Assembly (NCBI GenBank): GCA_013426185.1
Contig: CP058602.1
Coordinates: 335,123-399,122, forward strand
Direction: 5' to 3'
Source of the DNA: Candidatus Woesebacteria bacterium
GTDB taxonomy: Bacteria; Patescibacteriota; Microgenomatia; UBA8517
DNA length: 64,000 nt
Shown: positions 57,110 through 64,000 of the stretch, in pieces
Layout of the letters: every line of letters begins with the position of its first letter
Numbering within the stretch: position 1 is the first letter of the stretch
The notes under the pieces: model-generated
What the model was told of the DNA's origin: nothing
Databases searched by the model: none
The model's input: only the letters and a program-made list of their open reading frames with translations
Program-made: the position numbers and the translations under genes

Positions 57110-57420
57110 CACTAAAACAGACATCAAGTATCACGAATCAAGAATCAAGTATTAAGGATAGTTAAAAGTTCAAAATTAACTTGGAATTTGTAATTTTAAC
57201 TGTTGTAATCCGTGATAAGGACGGACCTTGTCACCCCCCTTTAAAGGACAGTCCTTTAAAGGGTCCAACTCTAAACTCAGTATTTATTATCTTGTATTAT
57301 GTATTATGCAGGGAATACAAGTAGAAAGTAGAAGGTAGTAAGTAGAAAGCAAAATTCTTAAATCCTAAATCATAAATCAAGATTCTATAATCAAGGTTTT
57401 GACTTTTAAGTTTTAAGTTT
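57110..57420. repeat. Heptamer-repeat mosaic array E with two embedded palindromes (57212-57234, 57237-57263)
   Basis: GAATCAA, GTATTAT, AGTAGAA, AAATCCT and TTTTAAG modules. Confidence 0.85.
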
Positions 57421-57426
57421 CTAATG

Positions 57427-58596
57427 CTATTTGAAGCTTACCAACCTCAAGCTGGTAATATCTGAGACCTTGTATTTTTCGCTTAACTTGCGATTTCCGC
57501 CATCAGGCATAAATGGATCATGCATTATGTAATCGCTGCCCTCCTTCTTTAAAATAACTATAAAATGGTCAGGGCCTGAATAAAGGCCGGCAATCACAGG
57601 ACCGCTTGAAAGCAGGCTATCAAGTTGTGAAGCAGAGGCTGTACTAATTGAAAAAGGCATCCCCTCTGCTGAATGATAAATATAGCCTGTCCCGGGAACA
57701 AAATAATTAGGATTAATAGCAATATCACCAGGCGTCAACTTTTTACCATAATGAGTTGAAATCATTGCTATTGAAGAAATAAGACAGCCATATTCAGCAA
57801 CGGAATATGAAGAACCACCAATACCAATTGTTCCCCACTGACTGTCGCGCTGATTATAATAACAACCCCAAGAATCACATTTTGTCTGGTTTGACAAAAT
57901 TGTCGCTCCACCCTGGCTTGTAACGAAGCGCCTTAAAGCTGCAAGCTGGCTTTTTGCTTGAGCCAAAAGCCTCTGATAATATCTTTCGTCGTTTTTAGTT
58001 ACTGCAAGCAAGTTTGCTTTGGCCGCTTTCTGAGCATCAAGATTGGCTTTCTGCTTCTCAAGCTGTTTTTGCAAATCCTCTTTATCACTCTTTTGGCCTT
58101 GATAAGTCGTTTGCGTTGACTGAAGCTTGACCAATAAATCCTGATCATAGCGCTGAATTAATTTAAGATAGTGAAAACGCGAAACCGCAGTTGAAAGATT
58201 GGGAGACGAGATCAAAAAAAGAAGCGGGTCTCCAAGCTTCACCATCTTATAAGTTTCAGCAGCACGAGATGAAAAAGCACGACTCAAAGCATCAAGAGAA
58301 GTCTCAAGCTGATCAATTCTTCCTTCAAGAAGTTCAATTTCCCTTTGAGTCTCTTCAATCTGAAGACTGGCAAGTTTAATCTGGGCATCATACTGAGCAA
58401 TTTGGTTACTTAAAGTAGCAGACTGTGAGCGAAGGCGGCCAAGCTCTTCTTCATACTGTTTTATCTGATCTTGAAGCTCTTTCAGTTTTTGGTCTTGGGT
58501 ATTTTCTTGAGCCTTGACTTGAAATATAAAAGCAAAAACAACAAGAAAAGAAAAAGCCACAAAGATTAAAGAAAATCTTTTTAGGAAAGAGTGCAT
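57427..58596 (-). CDS. Exported PcsB/CwlO/EnvC-like coiled-coil protein with a C39-like cysteine peptidase domain
   Basis: Signal peptide, long coiled coil, YNQRD...YGCLISSIAM...HFIVI...HDP; directly downstream of ftsEX. Confidence 0.8.
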   Translation of the reverse strand: MHSFLKRFSLIFVAFSFLVVFAFIFQVKAQENTQDQKLKELQDQIKQYEEELGRLRSQSATLSNQIAQYDAQIKLASLQIEETQREIELLEGRIDQLETSLDALSRAFSSRAAETYKMVKLGDPLLFLISSPNLSTAVSRFHYLKLIQRYDQDLLVKLQSTQTTYQGQKSDKEDLQKQLEKQKANLDAQKAAKANLLAVTKNDERYYQRLLAQAKSQLAALRRFVTSQGGATILSNQTKCDSWGCYYNQRDSQWGTIGIGGSSYSVAEYGCLISSIAMISTHYGKKLTPGDIAINPNYFVPGTGYIYHSAEGMPFSISTASASQLDSLLSSGPVIAGLYSGPDHFIVILKKEGSDYIMHDPFMPDGGNRKLSEKYKVSDITSLRLVSFK

Positions 58597-58605
58597 TTTA
58601 GAATA

Positions 58606-59523
58606 CTAAACTTTTTTCTTTGACAGACGCGATATGGCAAGGAAGCTGCCTACAAATGCCAGGACTAAGCCAAGAAACCACTCAACCACCAAAACCAAAG
58701 CTGACATCTTAAAAAGAACAAAAGTATCTTTAGGCAAAATCTCTATCTCCCCAAAATAAGAAATTAAAGAAGGCGCAAAATATAAAACCAAAACAAAAGC
58801 CAAAAGCCAGCCAATAAAAACACCCACTAAAACATAAATAAATGCTTCCAAAATAACAGGGCTTGCAACAAAAAACGGAGTTGCGCCTATCAAATTTAAA
58901 ATATCAACCTCCTGTTTTCGCGACATCAAACGCATACTGATAACAACCAAAAGAACAAGAAGCGAAGTTGTCGCCAAAACCACAGTAAAGATTCCGCCTC
59001 CAAGCCTTAAGTAGTTAACAATAGATTTAAGTCTATTAATAGTATTATTTAATGTCGCCTCGCCCCCAAGATTAGCAGTAAAACCAACCTGATCCACCAA
59101 TTTATTTTGTTTCAACTCGCTTACTAATTCCTGGGCATAATCAAGTTTGACCAAAGAAAGCTCAAGACTTGCAGGAAAAGCTGTTGGGCTTACAAGTTCT
59201 GCCAAAAGGGGTGTTTCTGAAGTCGCATCTTTATAAATTTTAAGCGCGTCCTCTTTTGAGACATAACGTACTTCTTTAATCCGCGAATCAGAAGATAATT
59301 TCTGCTGAAGGTTATAGATATCACCAGGAGAAGCATCAGTTTTAAGAAAAGCAATCACCTGAGGCCTGGTTTCAAAATAATGCAGAATTTGCCCTGAAGA
59401 ATAAAGGAGAGCAGATAATATACTAACAACAAAAAAGGTAATAGCAAGAACAAAAACAGCGGCAAAAGCCTGAAAAGGAGAGCGAATTATATTTCTAATG
59501 GCTGTTTTAAAGTGAATTCCCAT
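58606..59523 (-). CDS. ftsX: Cell division permease FtsX
   Basis: YVSKEDAL, RKQEVDILNLIGAT, PVILEA; 4 TM; follows ftsE. Confidence 0.9.
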   Translation of the reverse strand: MGIHFKTAIRNIIRSPFQAFAAVFVLAITFFVVSILSALLYSSGQILHYFETRPQVIAFLKTDASPGDIYNLQQKLSSDSRIKEVRYVSKEDALKIYKDATSETPLLAELVSPTAFPASLELSLVKLDYAQELVSELKQNKLVDQVGFTANLGGEATLNNTINRLKSIVNYLRLGGGIFTVVLATTSLLVLLVVISMRLMSRKQEVDILNLIGATPFFVASPVILEAFIYVLVGVFIGWLLAFVLVLYFAPSLISYFGEIEILPKDTFVLFKMSALVLVVEWFLGLVLAFVGSFLAISRLSKKKV

Positions 59524-59525
59524 AC

Positions 59526-60185
59526 TTATGAAAGGCTAATAACTTTAGTTTTAATTTTACTTCCTTTTTCAACTTTAGTATATTTCTCAACCAAATTTAA
59601 ATGATGAGTTGCCATTATGACCAGCTTCCCTGATTCTGCAACCTTTTTAAACACCCCCATAATCCCTTCCGAAGTTTCCCAATCAAGGTTGCCTGTTGGC
59701 TCATCAGCCAAAAGCATTTCAGGGTTAACAACCAAGGCTCGCGCCAAAGACACTCTTTGAAGTTCTCCTCCTGAAAGCTGAAGTGGAAAAAGTTCGCTCC
59801 TTTTTTCAAGCCCTACCATCTTTAAGACGTCGTCAACACGACTGTCCCACTCAGATGAAGGAACGCCAACAATAGCAAGAGCAATTTCAACATTTTCTCT
59901 TACCGTCTTTTCCATCAAAACTTTAAAATCCTGAAAAACAACACCAACTTTTTGCCGATATGAAGATATCTGGCTGCCCTTAAAAGAAAAGATATCCTCA
60001 CCCTTAAATAAAATCCTACCTGTGTCAGGAATTATTTCTCTTAAGATTAATTTAAGAAGAGTGGTTTTGCCAGACCCAGAGCGGCCGGTGATAAAGACCA
60101 ACTCACCGGAACTGGCTTCGAAAGAAACTTTATTCAAGGCGACTATATCGCCATAAGTTTTGCTAACATCAATTACCTCAAGCAT
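59526..60185 (-). CDS. ftsE: Cell division ATP-binding protein FtsE
   Basis: GRSGSGKTTLLKLI, GVVFQDFK, LSGGELQRV, ADEPTGNLD, MATH. Confidence 0.9.
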   Translation of the reverse strand: MLEVIDVSKTYGDIVALNKVSFEASSGELVFITGRSGSGKTTLLKLILREIIPDTGRILFKGEDIFSFKGSQISSYRQKVGVVFQDFKVLMEKTVRENVEIALAIVGVPSSEWDSRVDDVLKMVGLEKRSELFPLQLSGGELQRVSLARALVVNPEMLLADEPTGNLDWETSEGIMGVFKKVAESGKLVIMATHHLNLVEKYTKVEKGSKIKTKVISLS

Positions 60186-60235
60186 TATCTTTCAGATTAC
60201 TAAATTTTTGAAGTCTTAACAAGAAGTAAAACTAA

Positions 60236-60260
60236 ATTGACAAGGTCCGTCCTTGTCAAT
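60236..60260. repeat. REP-like palindrome ATTGACAAGGTCCGTCCTTGTCAAT
   Basis: Reverse complement of the 16226-16246 copy. Confidence 0.75.
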
Positions 60261-60267
60261 CCTATAA

Positions 60268-60756
60268 TTAATCAAGCACTTTGACTTTACCCACATCCAT
60301 CAGCCAACCAGCCTTGGCGCCTTTAATAGTCTCGCCCCAAACCTGCACATTTTTACCCACAAAAGAATCAAGATCAATAACAGACGAGGTTAAGTAAACA
60401 TACTGGGAAGGCCCTCCATCCCGCTCCAAGTGGTGCGTCCCTTCTCCGTTAATGCCCCCCTCTTTCATAAGTCCTTGAGCCGTATCCCTGAAAGTTTTTT
60501 CATCAGAAATTCCGGCTTCTTTTTTAGTTTGAGTTACATTAGTTCCTGTAACTTTTTCTTGTGTTTTCCCATTTTGCGCTCCTGAAAGCAGCCACCCAGT
60601 CAAGACTCCAAACCCCACAACAACTACAGCAACAATCACCATTACCAAATTTTTAGAACCCGAGGTATTAAATTTGCCCACAAGAGGTTTTTTCTCAACT
60701 TCAGAAGTCGTATTTTCAATAGGCAGTTGATTATCTACCCTATTTTCCTCTTCCAT
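60268..60756 (-). CDS. Single-pass membrane hypothetical protein
   Basis: TM followed by a small beta-rich domain (GEGTHHLER...YLTSS...GWLMDV). Confidence 0.75.
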   Translation of the reverse strand: MEEENRVDNQLPIENTTSEVEKKPLVGKFNTSGSKNLVMVIVAVVVVGFGVLTGWLLSGAQNGKTQEKVTGTNVTQTKKEAGISDEKTFRDTAQGLMKEGGINGEGTHHLERDGGPSQYVYLTSSVIDLDSFVGKNVQVWGETIKGAKAGWLMDVGKVKVLD

Positions 60757-60790
60757 AATAATGACACTTTAGCCTACCTAAAAATAAAAT

Positions 60791-61873
60791 TCAAGTAGCA
60801 AGAGACAATATTTCAGCTTCAATAAATTCATCTATTTCTCCATTTAAAACTGCCTCTGTATTTGAGGTTTCAACATCCGTCCTTAAATCCTTAACCATTT
60901 TATAAGGATGCAGAACATAACTTCTAATCTGATTACCCCATGAAGCAGGCCTATATTCACCCTTAATTTCCTTGACCTCTTTACTTTTTCTTTCCTCCTC
61001 AAGAGCCCAGACCTTGGCGCGCAAAAGCTCAAGAGCTATCTTCCTATTCTGCTCCTGGAATCTTTGAGTCTGACAAGAGACCACTATCCCTGTTGGGATG
61101 TGTTTGACACGAACTGCTGTTGAAACCTTTTGGACATTTTGCCCACCTTGGCTTGACGAGCGGAAAAACTGCCATTCAAGATCTTCATCTTTGAGGTTGA
61201 TATAAGACTCATCTACATCGCCAATCTCAGGCAAAACTCCAACCAAGGCAAAAGAAGTCTGACGCAGGCGGTCTGCATTAAAAGGAGATTGCCTCACCAA
61301 GCGATGCGTACCGCTTTCACCCTTTAAATAACCATAAGCATAAGACCCAACCACCTTGAAAGTAACACTTTTTATTCCAGCCTCTTCCCCCTCGGTCAAA
61401 TCCAAAGTCTCCACCTTGAAGTTCTTCCTTTCAGCATATCTTAAATACATCCTGTAAAGCATACTGGCCCAGTCCATTGCTTCTGTCCCACCTTGGCCTG
61501 CATGTATCGAAACAATGGCATTGCCACTATCATATTTTCCAGAAAGAAATGAGGCCAATTTCAGCTCTTTTAGTCTCTCCTCAAGAGAAGAGATATCTTT
61601 TTCAAAGATCTCATCATCTTTACTTTCTTTGACCAAATCAAGAAGAATCAAAACCTCATTCTCAAAAGACTCAAGTTTATCTATTAAATCACGAAGACTG
61701 CCAATTTTTTGCATTACTGACCTTGCTTTTTCCTGATCATTCCAAAAATCAGGGTCCAAAGACTGAGCTTCAAGCTCCTTAAGTTCTATTTTCTTCTTCT
61801 TGATATCAAGAGATTTTTTAATCTCCTCCAAAGAATCTTTTATAATCTCGGCTCTTTGCTTAATTTCAGGCAT
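60791..61873 (-). CDS. prfB: Peptide chain release factor 2
   Basis: SPF tripeptide, GGQ motif, WGNQIRSYVLHPY; continuous ORF. Confidence 0.97.
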   Translation of the reverse strand: MPEIKQRAEIIKDSLEEIKKSLDIKKKKIELKELEAQSLDPDFWNDQEKARSVMQKIGSLRDLIDKLESFENEVLILLDLVKESKDDEIFEKDISSLEERLKELKLASFLSGKYDSGNAIVSIHAGQGGTEAMDWASMLYRMYLRYAERKNFKVETLDLTEGEEAGIKSVTFKVVGSYAYGYLKGESGTHRLVRQSPFNADRLRQTSFALVGVLPEIGDVDESYINLKDEDLEWQFFRSSSQGGQNVQKVSTAVRVKHIPTGIVVSCQTQRFQEQNRKIALELLRAKVWALEEERKSKEVKEIKGEYRPASWGNQIRSYVLHPYKMVKDLRTDVETSNTEAVLNGEIDEFIEAEILSLAT

Positions 61874-61876
61874 AAT

Positions 61877-62347
61877 TTAGGGTTTACAAATTTCAGCTTT
61901 TACTTTTTCTTTATCGCTTTTACTTAGACTAAAAAAGAGCTTAATTAAAGTCTCGGAAGCTGATTCCTTCGCTTCTGAAGTCTTAATTTCTACGCTTTCA
62001 CCCAAAACTTGAGCTAATCTATTTCTTCCAATATCAAGAAATGTTGAAATGGGCTTTGGCGGATTTTTCCAACCTAAAAGCTCAGTAAACATAGTGCGAC
62101 CAGCAAGAATAAAAAATCCCTCTACAATCAAGGCTACAATAAACCCCCAAACAAAAATAGCAATCGAATTCTTGCCCAAGCTCCAGCTAACAAACATATG
62201 CCGCACTCGAGCCAAAGACAAAAGCAAAAGAAATATCAAAAAAAGTATCAAACCTGCCTGAAAATAAGAAGCACTAAAGTCAATTTTACCAATGCGATAG
62301 GTAAAATCATTCCTGTAAAAAAGCGAGCTTAAACCCGAAAAGTTCAT
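61877..62347 (-). CDS. Membrane hypothetical protein
   Basis: Two TM segments, then a VLGES linker and short C-terminal helix. Confidence 0.7.
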   Translation of the reverse strand: MNFSGLSSLFYRNDFTYRIGKIDFSASYFQAGLILFLIFLLLLSLARVRHMFVSWSLGKNSIAIFVWGFIVALIVEGFFILAGRTMFTELLGWKNPPKPISTFLDIGRNRLAQVLGESVEIKTSEAKESASETLIKLFFSLSKSDKEKVKAEICKP

Positions 62348-62374
62348 AATCTCATATTATCACAAAATATAAGT

Positions 62375-63022
62375 TTAAAGAGAAGTGGTAGGAGTTGGAG
62401 AAGAGGTTGGTTTAGCAGTTGAAGTAGGTTTTGGTGTTGCTGAAACCTTGGGAGTCTGACCTGACCTTAAGCCAGTAATTATTTCTACATCATAGCTGGT
62501 CGACGAGCTTTTCTTTGTTTCTACTTTCTGATAGATTTTTTCTAACTCTTTTGTTATTTCACTTACCGCGCTAGACGAAAGGCTTGAAGAAAAAGTTACC
62601 TGAGTTGATTCATAATCTTGCTTTGCCGCATTACCAACTTTGACAGAAGTATAGCCAAGACTATTTAATCTATCCTGAAGATAAGCTGCCTCGCCTACTA
62701 TCCCCGTACCATTTAAGACTTGTATTGACACTGATTTTTTATCCACTACTTCAGCTGGAGTGGGCGTGGGAGTAGAAGTAGAAACACTCTCTTCTTCTAT
62801 AATCATAGGCGCTTCTGTTCTAGTAGGGCTCTCTGTTCTACTTTCCTGCTTATTTCTCAAGGAAAGAAAATAAAAAACTCCCCCTCCAACCAAGACCAAA
62901 GCAATTAAAAGTAAAATTAAACCAACTGTTTTCTTGTCCCTTTTTGAAGATGGCCGAGACATTTGTCCTGAACTCAAAGGAGAGGAAACTGGTTGTTGTT
63001 CTTCAAGCTGATTTGGACCCAT
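62375..63022 (-). CDS. LytR C-terminal domain protein with P/T linkers
   Basis: TM, then IQVLNGTGIVGEAA...LGY...VGNA...DVEIITG. Confidence 0.85.
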   Translation of the reverse strand: MGPNQLEEQQPVSSPLSSGQMSRPSSKRDKKTVGLILLLIALVLVGGGVFYFLSLRNKQESRTESPTRTEAPMIIEEESVSTSTPTPTPAEVVDKKSVSIQVLNGTGIVGEAAYLQDRLNSLGYTSVKVGNAAKQDYESTQVTFSSSLSSSAVSEITKELEKIYQKVETKKSSSTSYDVEIITGLRSGQTPKVSATPKPTSTAKPTSSPTPTTSL

Positions 63023-63085
63023 GGTAAACGAAATATATAAAGAAAAAAGCGTTTTGTCAAATTTTGTCCCAAAGAATGCCTTACG

Positions 63086-63322
63086 AAATTATAAATTCGA
63101 AATCCTAAATTTTCTAAATTACAAATTACAAGCTCCAAATTACAAATTACAAATTCCAATATACAAACAATATACAAGTAATAAACAAATTACAAACAAA
63201 TTAGGAACACTGAACTTAGTATTATGAATTATGTATTATGCAGAAAAATACATTGTTCCCATAATACATAATACAAGATACTAGATACAATCTTGCAATA
63301 TGGTTCCAAACCCGGCTTGGAA
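63086..63322. repeat. Heptamer-repeat mosaic array F ending in a RAYT-type REP (63304-63322)
   Basis: 44-bp block identical to array A (63137-63180 = 21520-21563), GTATTAT modules, TTCCAAACCCGGCTTGGAA. Confidence 0.85.
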
Positions 63323-63328
63323 TTGTTG

Positions 63329-63871
63329 TCATTCAACAGAAAGAAGCTCGACTTCAAAAATTAAAGTGGAATTGGGAGGAATATTACCCACAGCTTGGTT
63401 TCCATAGCCAAAACTTGGAGGAATAACAAGTTTTCTTTTTCCACCCACCTTCATTCCGACTAGTCCCTGATCCCAACCGGCAATTACCTGCCCTGAGCCC
63501 AAAACAAAAGAAAATGGCTGACCCCTGTCATAAGAGCTGTCAAATTTTGTTCCATCAACTAAAGTGCCAAGATAATTAACTGTTATCTTTTTACCACTCT
63601 GGGCCTCATCACCTGTCCCAGGTCTTAGATCTTCCACTTTTAGTTCTTTTACTTCTTCTGTCTGGCCCATTGTTTCAGCTTTTGGATTTTGATTATTTGC
63701 TTCTTTCTGGCCAAGATTAATCTTAAGCTCTGCTTGAGGCGTAGGAGTAGGAGAAACACTTGATGATTTACTATCAAAACCCACCAAGGCCGCAAATCCC
63801 GCCGCAAGCACTAAAAAAATAAAAAAGAGAACCCCAAAGTTGACTTTCAACTCATCCGGTTTTTCTTCCAC
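63329..63871 (-). CDS. FKBP-type peptidyl-prolyl cis-trans isomerase, membrane anchored
   Basis: [47 protein letters not shown]. Confidence 0.95.
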   Translation of the reverse strand: MEEKPDELKVNFGVLFFIFLVLAAGFAALVGFDSKSSSVSPTPTPQAELKINLGQKEANNQNPKAETMGQTEEVKELKVEDLRPGTGDEAQSGKKITVNYLGTLVDGTKFDSSYDRGQPFSFVLGSGQVIAGWDQGLVGMKVGGKRKLVIPPSFGYGNQAVGNIPPNSTLIFEVELLSVE

Positions 63872-63937
63872 ATCAAAATACTCTCACAAAAGAAAAAAAT
63901 CTGCAAGATGCGAGTATTATAGACCTAGCCTTTAAGA

Positions 63938-64000
63938 CTAAAGATTCAAAGCGTAAACTGATAGATTGAGAATTGTTGCAAAGGAAACCCAAAAAATATA
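63938..64000 (-). CDS. TspO/MBR family protein, C-terminal fragment
   Basis: Minus frame reads YIFWVSFATILNLSVYALNL-stop, matching the TspO C-terminal YxxWVSFAxxLN motif. Confidence 0.75.
   Translation of the reverse strand, partial: YIFWVSFATILNLSVYALNL

Noticed and set aside
61800-61835. Programmed +1 frameshift in prfB
   Set aside because: The ORF is continuous; the usual site reads CTT GAT with no in-frame TGA
703-62261. Numerous 60-130 aa ORFs antisense to or nested in long genes
   Set aside because: Shadow ORFs expected from biased codon usage; no motifs or independent expression signals
62974-63227. ORFs 62974..63177 (-) and 63021..63227 (+)
   Set aside because: They are translations of heptamer array F, giving periodic low-complexity peptides with no other coding evidence
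21465-63322. Heptamer arrays as CRISPR arrays
   Set aside because: No constant repeat alternating with unique spacers of regular length, and no cas genes in the window
1-64000. Alternative genetic code (UGA=Gly, as in Gracilibacteria/Absconditabacteria)
   Set aside because: Conserved genes are full length under code 11, TGA ends genes such as lysS and serS, and RF2 is present

Overview
AT-rich bacterial chromosome segment, standard genetic code, with most genes on the minus strand. Gene content and style suggest a Patescibacteria/CPR (Microgenomates-like) genome; this is inference. Contents: (1) two large surface-glycosylation clusters with about 11 GT-C-fold membrane glycosyltransferase domains, 4 DPM-like GT2s, a Wzx flippase, rmlABCD and methyltransferases; (2) housekeeping genes serS, lysS, greA, lon, truB, trmD, prfB, ftsEX, uppP, dgkA, an FKBP PPIase, tRNA-Glu(CTC) and tRNA-Ala(CGC); (3) a MacAB-like ABC exporter; (4) a REP-associated tyrosine transposase (RAYT) with its REP hairpins; (5) a sortase next to a 1736-aa surface protein. 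The most unusual observations: six intergenic mosaics built from shared heptamer-repeat modules with embedded REP hairpins; an apparent surface polyprotein with an internal LPAAG sorting signal followed by a second signal peptide; a recurrent VLG linker motif in exported proteins; a direct-repeat-flanked cassette encoding a 68-aa peptide plus an M16-like peptidase; and an unannotated small RNA with a perfect sigma70 promoter. All functional calls come from motif recognition by eye; no searches were run.
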